DNA of 63,468 nucleotides, counting the filler, from Phoronis australis (lineage: Eukaryota > Animalia > Phoronida): the NCBI GenBank assembly GCA_002633005.1. It is 7 parts of 7 records of this genome, joined end to end, with 100 filler letters (N's around TTAATTAATTAA, not from the genome) between each part and the next. Parts side by side here need not be neighbours in the genome. Positions count along the whole stretch, not along the records: positions 17,376 to 28,319 come from NMRA01001724.1; positions 28,420 to 52,705 come from NMRA01000467.1; 5 more parts are not named here. One strand, given 5' to 3'. Position numbers and translations under genes: made by a program. How positions within the stretch are numbered: the stretch's first letter is position 1; the number at the start of each line of letters is the position of its first letter. Of the stretch, positions 23,328 through 34,648 are shown piece by piece. The notes under the pieces were generated by a model. It did no database searches. It was given only the letters and a program-made list of their open reading frames with translations, and was not told the origin of the DNA.

Positions 23328-24288
23328 TAGCCGAACAAAAGGTATCCACAATATCGACATCACCTCCAGCTTTCATGATATCTTCAGAAATTTCATCAAA
23401 GGCTTCCAAATCATAACATTCAGCCGCTTGCAAACTGTTTCGCGAGATCTCTTCTGAAAACATTACGTACACAAGACATAAAAAAACAAAACCCATTCCA
23501 GCCCGTTTCCGGAAGTGTTGGACGAGTATCTCGTGCGTGAAACAATCAGGAACTGGCACGTCCGCCATGTTAAGAACATTCACAAATTTGTCGTAATAGT
23601 CTCGGAGAATTTTATCAAGATATTGTTTCCGAAACACCTCGGTTGTGCTCGCATATAACATCATAACCAAATCAACTGCTGGTGACCCGACGGTGGCTAG
23701 TTGTAAGTCAATGAATTTGAAGTCGGTCACAACTTTCTTATTTTCCTCTGAGTTGGCGTACTTGAAGAGCATATTTCCAGGTTTGAAATCCCGATGACAC
23801 ACTACGTTGAATGTGGGATCTGGTGCAACGGCTTTCTCATATATTCCAGATACCTCCATCGATTGAAGTTTCTCAATTTGGTTAACTATCTCTTTGTCGG
23901 TAGTATTACGTCGTACAACGTTGAGGCATACATCTAAGTTGAATTTGGCAGTCTTTTCAAAAATCTTCATAAGAGGGCCAGGAGCAACTCTCTCCACGAA
24001 TAAGGCTTCAAAATCAGTTTTAAGATTTTCAACCGAGCCTTGGCCTAAGACCAAAGATAGCGCGTGGAAGGTGGCTATTCGTTCGACAGCCAGTTTGCAG
24101 TGATCGTAATCGAATTTGTCGTCGAGCTTTTTAACAAAGAATCCTTGCAAGGACAGGTCTTCGAGGACAAGGAATTTAATTCCATGGTTTTCGCTTTTGA
24201 TAAGGGAAGGAGCTGGAACACTTATACAAAAACCATGCTCTTTTATCTTTTTCTCCATGGCTGGTATCAGCTTTTTGTACGAAAGTTC
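23299..24288 (-). CDS. Ecdysteroid kinase-like (EcKL / CHK kinase-like) protein, 5' end lost at the single-n join
   Basis: 329 uninterrupted sense codons plus TAA; FLVLEDLSLQGF, HCKLAVERIATFHALS, VVCHRDFKPGNMLFKY (Brenner-type motif), FIDLQLATVGSPAVDL, LDKILRDYYDKF. Confidence 0.88.
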   Translation of the reverse strand, partial: ELSYKKLIPAMEKKIKEHGFCISVPAPSLIKSENHGIKFLVLEDLSLQGFFVKKLDDKFDYDHCKLAVERIATFHALSLVLGQGSVENLKTDFEALFVERVAPGPLMKIFEKTAKFNLDVCLNVVRRNTTDKEIVNQIEKLQSMEVSGIYEKAVAPDPTFNVVCHRDFKPGNMLFKYANSEENKKVVTDFKFIDLQLATVGSPAVDLVMMLYASTTEVFRKQYLDKILRDYYDKFVNVLNMADVPVPDCFTHEILVQHFRKRAGMGFVFLCLVYVMFSEEISRNSLQAAECYDLEAFDEISEDIMKAGGDVDIVDTFCSAIKEHYFDHL

Positions 24289-24289
24289 N

Positions 24290-24520
24290 AAAAGAGTACG
24301 TTTCTCCGAGAGTGTCATAAACTACCTTACCGTCGTTTTCCAGAGAGGAGAACAACAAATCAGACCCCGCAAGAACTGCACAGGCGATGAAGAAAGGAGG
24401 AAGACTGGCTGACATCACAGCAGGTTAAAGGTTTCTTTTTACGCTTGGTTGCCTTGAACCGTGCTGAAGTTGACAGTGTTGTCGAGGAAGACTTCAGATT
24501 TCGGCTTCTTCGGAAGATTG
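24290..24520 (+). mobile_element. C-terminal remnant of a DNA-transposon-associated protein (Sola-like/unclassified)
   Basis: RFSESVINYLTVVFQRGEQ / KSDPARTAQAMKKG / EEDWLTSQQVKGFFLRL across frameshifts. Confidence 0.55.
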
Positions 24521-25343
24521 TGCAATCTGTTGGATTGTTTTACTGATTAAACCAATTCTTATTGATGTGATGTTGTAGAAACCGAGGCAATAAAGCAACA
24601 CGTGTCAGCGGTTTTGTCAGCCAAAGCATCAGTGGTTTCAGTAAAAACAGGATATTTAATTGGAGTTTTGGTCATAACTTCGTTGTCCAGTTTTTTGGAA
24701 ACTACTGGCCGCTCTTAGGTATCATTTAAAGATTCTGGTATTTCAGTATTCATCTTTCAAATTCATAATACACTAAGCAGCAAACAGGGTCGCGCCGCAC
24801 GTTACACTTTTTTGCGTGACTTTCCTGGTACCCCTCCCCCTTCATTAGTCATTCTTTGCAGTATTTCAAACCCACCGTGTCCCACTGTGTGTGCCATCAG
24901 CTTATGCTCTGTGGTGGCTTAACTGCGTCATTTTATACTCACTTGAGCATGAAACAATGATGTTTCGGAAAATCGTGTACCTTTTAATTATGTCGCTAGA
25001 TCAGTTACTTCATCTATGTTCCGTTGAGAGTAGAGTTTTATTCCAAAGATATGAACGAAACGGAATAAAGACTATCAACAATGAAAATTGTCGTGTGCTC
25101 AATCAATTCTGTATATACGTATGTATGTATCTATCTATTATATAAAATGCATCGTTTGCACAAACTCCGTCTCCCCTGCTCCACTACAGACCTTTGTTAC
25201 GCCCGTTTCGGCACCCCCTTGGTCCCCGATATTGCACCGGCCCCCTATTTGGATTCGAGGTGTTCTATTTTTTTCTCGCGGGCCGTTCCATGTTCTTCAA
25301 TCAACTGTGAGGTTGCGTACATGTTATAACAGCATGGAAGTGG

Positions 25344-25347
<4 letters not shown>

Positions 25348-25405
<58 letters not shown>

Positions 25406-25426
25406 ACACACAAACACACACACACA
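25348..25426. repeat. (CA)n microsatellite
   Basis: ~39 CA units, two interruptions. Confidence 0.98.
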
Positions 25427-26003
25427 TATGATAAACCATTGACGTCATTCTTTTGAGTGGTATATCCTATATATATATTTTGGACTGTTGATGGCGTTTC
25501 ATAAAATCTTCAGTAAAAATTCAGGTTGTAGTGAGACACTTACAAGACTACGTGATAAATTAATTACTGAAACTACCCATCAGAAATATGCAGATGAATG
25601 CTTTCTCGAGCAAAAATCTATTGCGCAGGCTTGAAATGTACTGCTTATAGATCAGTGCAAAGGTTGCAGACTTTTTGTAGTAGTTTGTCCATGAAATCAG
25701 TTCATCAAAAAGTAAAAATAATGGTCCGATACACGTAGTGTCGCCGTGTGTCAAATAGCGGAAGATTTTGATAGTGTAGCGGGTTGGTGGGACAAATTTC
25801 TGAATGTGGGACAATTGGCAAGTACATTTTATGCTGTCAGCAACACAAAGTATTGGGTTGCAACGAACAATTACCGTGGAAGGGGTATAAGTTATTGAGG
25901 GTGACAGTACCACAATTTTCGAACCACCAACCACCAAGCGTATCTTTAGGACAATTTTTAGGTCTTCCAGAATTTTTAGACTAAATGGTAGAGAACATTT
26001 TGC

Positions 26004-26205
26004 CGTTGAGATACCCAATGCATTGCGTTTTAACATTTACCTGAAACACATTTGACAACGCAAATGTCCCTAACGAGTGATTATATTCGCCAGCACAATA
26101 AACGTGAACAGTCCACCAACATGGACGCTCTGGAACGCTCCTCCAGCCAGAGAGAGGTTAAACACCAGAGACGCCTAGCGGCTAATACAAAGCTTAACAC
26201 CAACA
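26004..26205 (-). mobile_element. 3' LTR of the Copia element
   Basis: Starts TGTTGG directly after polypurine tract AAAAGAAAAAGGAGTGAG; ends ...TCTCAAC(G); ~200 bp. Confidence 0.7.
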
Positions 26206-28319
26206 CTCACTCCTTTTTCTTTTATGGTGAGGATGGCAGTAAAAAGTGGGTAAATATATGAACAGAAAAACTTAAAGTAAAAACTAACTAAACTAATGTG
26301 AAAGTCTATAACTGCCCGGTTTGGATAGCATTAAGAATATTCACAGACGAAGCACCACGCTTCGTCATACAGTTCGCTAACTGCTGATGACCAGGACACC
26401 ACTTGATATAGTTTACATCCTTGGTTTGTAACGACTGTCTTATCGCACTAATGTCAAGCCGCAAGCGTTTATCGTCAACCAACTTGGTCGAATGAACGGC
26501 CTCGACAACACTCTTATTGTCAACGAATGCGACAATGGGAATTGATTTTGGAGGCAGTCCCAACAAATCTTCCAGTAAACTGCGCAAATAGATGGCGTCC
26601 TCCTATGCTTTCTCCAAACTGAGGACTTCAGCCGCGATAGTGGACCGCACAACCCGTTTTATCTTGTTGGTCACCCATGATAGGGGGCAACATTTAATGT
26701 TATTGCCCTCAAGAAAGATAATGTGCGCGCCAACACTGCTTACACCATCGCGGATTCGCATGACCAGCGTCGCTAAAAACAGTCAACTGCCAGTCACTCA
26801 CGGAGTCTAGATTAGGAAACTTCACAAATGAATCACAGTCTTTCAGTCTTTTTACTACTTTCAAAGCTCGCTTGAGATCACCAACATTGGCAGTTTTGAA
26901 CTTCAAGCTCAACTCGATCAGATCATACGCCAGGTCCGGTCGGAAGCCCTGTACGGCCCAATTCAAACTCCCGACGATACTCCTTAACAGGGTTTGTTCG
27001 TTCGTGTTCAACATGTCACTTTTGTGATTAAATCTTTCAGGAGGAACGTCAATCATTTCCAAATCGCGAGTATAGTCGCTTTGATCCAGAACAATACTCC
27101 CGTCAGTTTGCTTTACATGAAAACCGATTAATTTGAAATGACCGCCTTCCTCCAACTTTCCAGCCGTAAAGCGTTCGCGCAAACGAGCCATGACCAACAT
27201 GTCAAACCAGTTTTCGCCGCAATGCAAAAAAATCCTCAATGTGACTGCATAACATACCTACTAGTCGACCGTCCTTGCGGAAAGTAAACAGGGCGGGATC
27301 ATGGATGACTGGGTATAACCCAACGTCTGCAGCTCTTCACACACGCTCTCAAAGAATTGACGGGCAACATCATTCAATCCATATAGGCAGCGGTTCAACT
27401 TCCAGTTTCTCGGCGCATTTCGCCTCAGGCGGCGGAACGATAAAAATATCGCGTTCGGGTTTACGACCTTGCAAAAACGCAGACTTGATGTCAGTGGTTT
27501 TGAGAGTCCAAACTTTTGCAGCGGCCACTGCCAAAAACACCCGCCAAGCACTTTTAACCAATGGCGGGCGAGTCCCGCGGCACGTCCGCCTGCTCCTCAA
27601 AGCCTCTGGCGGCCAATCTCGCTCGCACTTGATCACCTTTATTCCACAAACCCAGGTGGTGGACACGCTATTTTGTCCGTTGTCATTTACCTCTTCGTAG
27701 GTACCGAATACTTTCAACTTGTCAAGTTCAACTTGTTTCGCAATAACGCACTCGGACTCGTTGTGATTTGGGAACAAGCACGAGATTTATTTCTTTCTCG
27801 GTAATAGTTTCCCATTCGCAAGATCAACGCTCAAGTCTTCTCCACCGTCATCTAACCGCACATTAAACCTGTCTTTGTACTTTCCCGAAAGTTTTCCCGC
27901 ACGGTATCTATAACCCATTCATCCGATGGGAGGACTTTGTACCTGATGCGTATGTCGGGGCGAACTGCAGTGTCACTTCTATTCTCACAACTGTCACTAT
28001 TCGAGGCACCAAGCTGTTCACTACACGCAACCTCTCTAGTCGGTGTACAGTCGTTCGTGTTACCATGATCGGAAATGTCATTTTGTGAAACAGAATCACT
28101 ATCATCAGACTGGATGCCAAGTGCCTCACCGGCTTTCACAAGTCTCGTAGGAGACACGCGCACGATTAAACCGCCATGGCACACGAACACCACTTTGCCG
28201 TCTTGAAACAAAACTTTTTCGTGTCCGAGCCATCGTTCTCGGTCTTCACGCTTGTAATAAACAACAGCACCATGCTCAAACAATTGTTCCGGTGATCTCA
28301 CTTTGAAACGCAACGCCCT
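26206..28319 (-). mobile_element. Copia (GalEa-like) pol: integrase C-terminus, RT, RNase H; frameshifted
   Basis: VYYKREDRERWLG, DIKSAFLQG, LYGLNDVARQFF, RSIVGSLNWAVQGFRPDL, VFSDAGHAN, VVRSTIAAE, DNKSVVEAVHSTKLVDDKRLRLDI, WCPGHQQLANCMTK. Confidence 0.92.
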
Positions 28320-28419
28320 NNNNNNNNNNNNNNNNNNNNNNNNNNNNNNNNNNNNNNNNNNNNTTAATTAATTAANNNNNNNNNNNNNNNNNNNNNNNNN
28401 NNNNNNNNNNNNNNNNNNN

Positions 28420-28847
28420 AAAAAATGCTGTTTGATTCTGTTGGCTTCTGTCGGATCGGGCATATTGATGTATTGTGGTTTCAGTGATGCGATCGCCTCG
28501 CTTACCCTCCGCACAATCCTGCAGACAGATGCCACACTAATGCCGCTCAGGTCGCCCGCCACGCGTTGATAGCTGCCGGTTGCATAGAATCGCAAACAGG
28601 TAAGCACCTGTAGCTCTGGCGTAATACTCTGGTTTCTCAGGGTTAGAGGTGCTAACTGGTTTCTGACCAGTCTTATGACGTCTCTCATTGTCTGTTTTGT
28701 CATTCGGAACCGCTTTTTGAAATCTGTCTCGTCGTAAAATTCAAAATAGTTTACTCTCGCTCTGAAATTGCGTCGGCGACGCACGCCGCGACGTCTTTCA
28801 CCTGCTCGATAGAGCACATGTATATCTCGCAAGTCTGAGTCAGCCAT
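28420..28847 (-). CDS. Harbinger (HARBI1-like) transposase N-terminus
   Basis: DETDFKKRFRMTK...ITPELQVLTCLRFYATGSYQRVAGDLSGISVASVCRIVRRVSEAI; open frame up to the gap. Confidence 0.9.
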
Positions 28848-29108
28848 CTTTAAAAGTGTTAAACCTGGGTATGACCAAGTCTAAAGTTAATCCTGGTTTA
28901 TGATCTTAATACAGGTCTAAGTAATATATACCTCGTTGGTGAAATGAAAACTGACTTAGACCAGGTCTAAACTGGAGTTAAACCAGGTTTTACAAGACCA
29001 CTGGTCTAAAAGTTAAACCACCTTTATGAAATGCAGATTATCTTTAAACCTGGTCTAAGCCCAGTTTAAACCAGGTTTAACTTTAAACCACCTTTATGAA
29101 ATCGGCTG
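28420..29108 (-). mobile_element. PIF/Harbinger transposon 5' end
   Basis: TIR CAGCCGATTTCATAAAG at 29108, AAACCAGGTTT-type subterminal repeats, then the transposase ORF; rest lost in the gap. Confidence 0.88.
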
Positions 29109-30146
29109 CTTAAGTCATTGTGTTTTTTTTATTTTGAAGTATCAAAGTCCAAACGCCAGCAGCAAACCTGTATCTACAGCAATTTGGCAGTGCTCAAGAA
29201 AACAGACAAGGTTTTAGCATGTCTTTTTATCCGTTTCATCAAAATTTCCTCAAAGGGGCGATGGCTGTTATATTCGTGCCACTGCCGCCCAGAGATGAGA
29301 GTAAGCACGCCTTACAACACTGACCTTCATATTCACCACCAGAGCAGAGCACAATGAGTTTGTGGTTGGAAAAGACCCTCTGTGCACTCTGAACGTATTG
29401 TTTTGTTTGATCTTTGGTCTGTGTGAATCGAGTGCCACAGGTAAGCTGAACGCGGAGATCATGTAAACAGACAAGCAGTAGGCTTTCCACAAGGCTAAGC
29501 GCTAATTACTGGGGAGGAGCACGTACCCTCCCGTCCCCCGCTTCTTACGTTCGTGTTTAGTCAGGGCCGCCTCCCCCAGCTTCATGAGTAGGGAGCGTTC
29601 GCCCCCCTTCCCCGCCTCTTACGCCTGTGTTTGCCTGGTCTTGATTTTTTTAAAACACAAAAATCGCGAATTAAAATTCGCGATTTTTGTGTCTACGGAA
29701 TGCAGGCCATCATCCCTTAGCCGTGGACAACGGCCGCTTCCAATATGCTATAAAAAGCATTTTCGCGCAGTATACTGGCGTGTTGCCAAAACGTTATGCA
29801 TACAGACACAAACAAATTAAATATTGGTGCAAATTTTGAGTGCTATTTCCCTTGTGGAGAACGCTGTGTAGAACAAGACATTTATCAATTTTTAATTTTA
29901 TATTGAGGACAACGAGTGCTTCTTTGATCTTTGTGCGTCTGGCTTATTTCGATTGATGTGAGCAGTAGTTGACCTTACTGATAAATCAATTTTTAATGTT
30001 GTTTATTTTCTTTTCATTTGAAAACAATACTTCTGGAAAATTATCTGTGTGTTTAACCGGTCGACGTTACGTTATTTTACGCTATTCGCTTTTGTCGTCG
30101 CCAACGTATTTAGACGGGGCCAAGAACACTCGATTTATTTAGCAGA

Positions 30147-30434
30147 ATGAATTGGGCTAAGGTAGTCGCACAGTTCGAGACGGTGTCGCTTCTGTTAGTA
30201 TTGGGTCTAAGCTGGACGGAGTCAGCTCGTTTCGTCAGAAATAAAATATTTGGCGAATTACCACCCATTGCGATCGGTCACGTCTACGCGCGCTCACTCT
30301 CTGAGTGCGGTATCTTGTGTGGTATGAGAGTTGGTTGCGAGGCATTTGGTTTTGGTAAAGACGCCTTACTCTGCACGTTTTATGTCAATACTTGTGGGAA
30401 CCTCGAAGAAGACCTGAGCCTTGAAACAATTCAG
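30147..30434 (+). CDS. Signal peptide + PAN/apple domain exon (probable exon 1 of the F-type lectin gene)
   Basis: Hydrophobic VSLLLVLGLSW; RSLSECGILCGMRVGCEAFGFGKDALLCTFY PAN Cys pattern; CAG|GTAACA donor, phase 0. Confidence 0.72.
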
Positions 30435-33400
30435 GTAACAAACGAGGATGCATCCTGTCGTGTGTTATCCCATCGTTTTAACTAACTGATATACTTTAAA
30501 GTGGTTATAAGCCCGCGTTCTGACAAAGAAATTTTAAACTTTTGATAACTCACTTACCTGTATGAAACTGATCTCAACTTGTTTCAAATCACTTGAGAAG
30601 TGTTGGCAGGGCTTGGAAAAAACAGCATTGATATGGTTCAGACCATGCTCGGCGCACAAAACGATCCGCTGAGACAAAAAAAACTGAGCTTTGTCTCATT
30701 CATTAACCAATTGTCAGTTCTCTACAGGCCTAGATATCGCCTTTAATTTGACTAAGAACCAGTCTGAGGCCTATTTCTTATAGATAAATGGTCAAAATTC
30801 AAAGTTACTGAAAGTTACTCTGTGTGACGGAACGCGTGTTAATGGCCGCTTTCAGGGTTGGCAAGCTTGCGAAACATCTTTAGGGCTCTCCTCATGCCAC
30901 TGCTATTTATTTGTTAAGTATTTTTTATTACAAATGCTCAGATATTTTAAAATACTTATTTGTAATCCATCAAATAATATTTTCAAAATCCATGCTACTT
31001 ACAGGAACATAAGCTGGGTGCTAAAATAATACATAGCATTTGTTTTTTCTCACCCGTTGTGATTTTCTCAAAAACTGCTCCAACTTCCGCAGATGTGTAA
31101 TTTTTACACAGAACTTTACGAAATTATTTTTCTTCCCTTTAGGTACAAAAGGTGTTTTGACATTCTCTTTTGGTTTGAGAAAACGGCTGTCAAAAATGGA
31201 GATTAACAAGGGTTTTTACAATATTATGTTTTTATTCATTCTTTTTTAAAAGTCTGCTAGCTGATTTGTCTGACTAAAACACCTTTCAAAAACCCAGTTC
31301 ATGAAATGAATAAAAAATTGCAAGTTTCGCACGTGCAGAAATTTTCTTGTATGGAAATAACACCTGACTGGTATTGGAGTGTACGCGATACGTATGCGTA
31401 ACCACCACCGTCTATACATGTACAGGTACTGCATTAAAGTTGAAACGGTTTTCGGCCACTGCCGTTATTTTGCTAAAATATTTCAACGTTTTTTTTGTTT
31501 TAGAAAAAACGGATATGGCAAAGCACCGAATCAGGTAAATACCTCTTTTGATAATTTGCCACTTGCATGTTCGCTTTTTATTTAATGCCATTTTTATAAG
31601 CATGTATCGAACACAGAGGAACGAAAATAACGCATCACCTGGTAATGTCCAGTAATCGTCGCCTTCAAACCGAAATTCGTACTTGCACTACATAATAATG
31701 TACATTATATTACACTAGACATGGTTGCAATGCATCAACAATATTTGAAACTTTTTGTCACATAAAATGTCTCTTTCAAAAACTCCCACCCAGAAGTGCC
31801 TTCCGGAACATCTCAAAAGCCCGCTATGCTTAAAACCTTGTTCGATTAAAGTAATCAATTTTAAAATGAATTACCTCTCTGCTTGTTGCACAATTGCAGT
31901 TATCTCATCATACGTCACATCTGCATTCTTTAGAGAGGTTCAAATTTGACAAAAGTAGTGGAAAAATCTTTTTATAGGAAATTTTAAAAATTTTAATGTG
32001 ATAATTTGGGCTTTCATCCAAAACTGTAAAATACTGACAGGGAGATGTGCAAGTTTCTTAAATATCATTTCGTTTTTGTTTTGCGCAACTTCTGAATTCG
32101 TTCTTAAAATCTTAAATGTCCTATTTTTGATAACCACTCTTGCAAAACTGGAATATTTCAAAAACAACAGTGTTTTGTAGAACAATGCGTAAGGCACATT
32201 ATCTGAAATTTTTATATCAATCCTATTCGCCACTTGTGAGACATGTCGTTCGAAACAATGAGCTAATTTAGCTCATTTTTCCGAAGTTAGACAAATTTGG
32301 AACTTCTTAGGGTCCTACATAACTTTTAATTAAACAGTTTGTCTCACGAAACTCTCACTCTCATTCAACCTCAGCATTACCGCCGAGTATTTTTCTTGAA
32401 GCACTTATTCAGCCACACTCACGGACAATATAAACAAGTAGTAAAGTTGAACTGAGATGACTTAAAACAATAAGTTATTATTATTATTATTATTTGGTTT
32501 CCCAGTCACTTACATTCACACACATTGTCAGTCTTCTGCAAACAGAAGAACCACAGGGGTTCATCGACTGTTGAATACCTGAAATTGGCCATTTCATTTG
32601 AAAATATATTTCTCAATTATTATAAGACCTCCTCAAGGGAGGACGAGGTAGAATACAATGAATGACTGACAATAGACAAGTTTAAATTAAATTAAAATGC
32701 TCTGGTCAGGAGTCTTAAAAGACCAAACTCAGATGACGCCGGATTACAGGTATTATTACAGCGAAGAAGTCTGAGTGAGCCCATAATACCGTTACTACAC
32801 TCACCACCTACTTTAGTTGTTCAGAATCGTCAAGAGAGCCTAGATCTTACTTTAATTGACTGTGTACCTGCAGCAGAGCTGGTGAAGAACTGGAGAGTTG
32901 AGCCCGTGTCATCTCTTTCGGATCACAGATACATCAGATTTCATGTGACAATTTCTCCTACGCCTTTCTACACTGAGTACAGGGATATCAAGAAGGCTGA
33001 TTGGCCCATCTGCAATGAAAAATGTTCCAACTCACTTGGACAGTGGAGCTCTCAACACTTTGACTGATGTTGATTCACTGGCAAATAATATCGCAACTGT
33101 ACCGACGAATGCCATCAATTTTGCCTGTCCGATTAGGATAGTGAGACTTACTAGTAAACCTAATCGCCAGATATGGTTGACCAAAGAGCTTGCATCTCTT
33201 CAAAAGAACGCAAGAAAAGCTAATAGGATTTCCCAGAGAGCAGACACTGAAAAGGACTGGAACGCCTACCGTCAGGTAAACAGAACCTTCAAGTCTGCTA
33301 CACGTAGGGCAAAAAGGAGCTTGTGGAGAAATTTTTGACAGCAATTTTCAAGTTTATCAGCAATGGCAAAACTTATTCAGATTCTGAAGAAGGTCAAGAC

Positions 33401-33488
33401 TGCTCAGTTGGAGACTGTCCAACGAAAAGACGGCTCATACACCAGTTCACCTGGTGAAACTCTCAGGGTCATGTTGGATAAACACTAT

Positions 33489-34648
33489 CATTCGATTTCA
33501 TAAAGTCGGTTTAACAAAACCAGGTTTAAGACTTAAACCTGGTCTTCCTAAACCTGGTCTAATTTTAGACCTGACTTGCATTTCACCAACATGGTTTAAT
33601 AGTTTGAAAGCTTGGTTTTGCTAGAACAGGGAGCTGGTTCAGTAAAACCAGGTTTAAAGTATCAAAGGCACCCCACTGTGTCGAGCTCGGTAAACCCAAC
33701 AAAGAAACTATTGAAGTGCTTCAATGAAACCTTGATCAGGTGGGTATACAATGGCATACACCAGTAGAATCAGTGCAGTTACGAAAAACATCTAAAAGCT
33801 TTTCTTATGAGGAAAACTAATTTCTGTGCCCAACACACACACATTAAAGAACATGCTTCCGATTAGACGTAACGTGATAAATGCTCAAATTTATGTCCTT
33901 GTCATTTTAGTGTTTATTTTCCGCGGCCAAAGGGGGGCAAGAACCCTTCCTGGCAACATTATATCGGAGAACAGTGGAGGTGGAACTCAACCAGAAGAAT
34001 CAGAAGATGCTGTCTTTAGTCAAATCCGTAGCGCTTACGACGATGACGCCCTGCTCGACCAGTCGTATTCTGAGAAATCCGCAGGACACACTCCAGCAAG
34101 TAGTGGTCTACGCATAGGCGGATCCACGGGGGTCATGGGATCCGGAGTCCCCTTTTTTCCCTTGATTTTAGTGATATCAAATCTATTATTTTCAAATTGT
34201 TGACTTGGCCCCCCTTTTAAAAAGTCCTTGACCGCCCCCCCCCTTTAAAAAATCCTGGATCCGCCCCTGCTACGTTTGATTTTGTGTCATAATAAAACTG
34301 AATATTGAAAATAGTCCATTTTCGCTCTAAAACTGCGTCGCAAATGCACTCCGCGACATCATTCACTTTTATCTATACCATGCAAGTCTGACTTATTTAA
34401 CAGTTAAACCTGGGTCTGACCAAGTTAAACATGGTTTTAAGATCTTAATACAGGTCTAAAGAATGTAGACCCCCTTTGGTGAAATGAAAACTGACTTAGA
34501 CCAGGTCTAAAATTGAGTTAAACCAGGCTTTACTAGACCACTGGTCTAAAAGTTAAACCACCTTTATGAAATGCAGATTATCTTTAAACCTGGTCTAAGT
34601 CCAGTTTTAACCATGTTTAACTTTAAACCACCTTTATGAAATCGGCTG
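33489..34648 (-). mobile_element. Non-autonomous Harbinger derivative
   Basis: TIRs CATTCGATTTCATAAAG / CTTTATGAAATCGGCTG, 3-bp TSD TAT; right ~300 bp near-identical to 28850-29108. Confidence 0.88.
34113..34269. mobile_element. MITE (CAxxGGCGGATCC ends) with 5-bp TSD
   Basis: CATAGGCGGATCC...GGATCCGCCCCTG; TSD CTACG on both sides. Confidence 0.85.

Noticed and set aside
24290-24418. Signal-peptide-like N-terminus for the EcKL (MSASLPPFFIACAVLAG... or MTLSEKRTL)
   Set aside because: Lies beyond the single-n join, and the opposite strand encodes a recognisable transposon-protein remnant, so it is probably unrelated sequence
25560-26036. 158-aa minus-strand ORF
   Set aside because: Starts inside the Copia LTR, has no recognisable domain; probably a chance ORF
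30497-32328. TTAA-flanked Kolobok-like element in the lectin intron
   Set aside because: Inverted termini too weak to support boundaries
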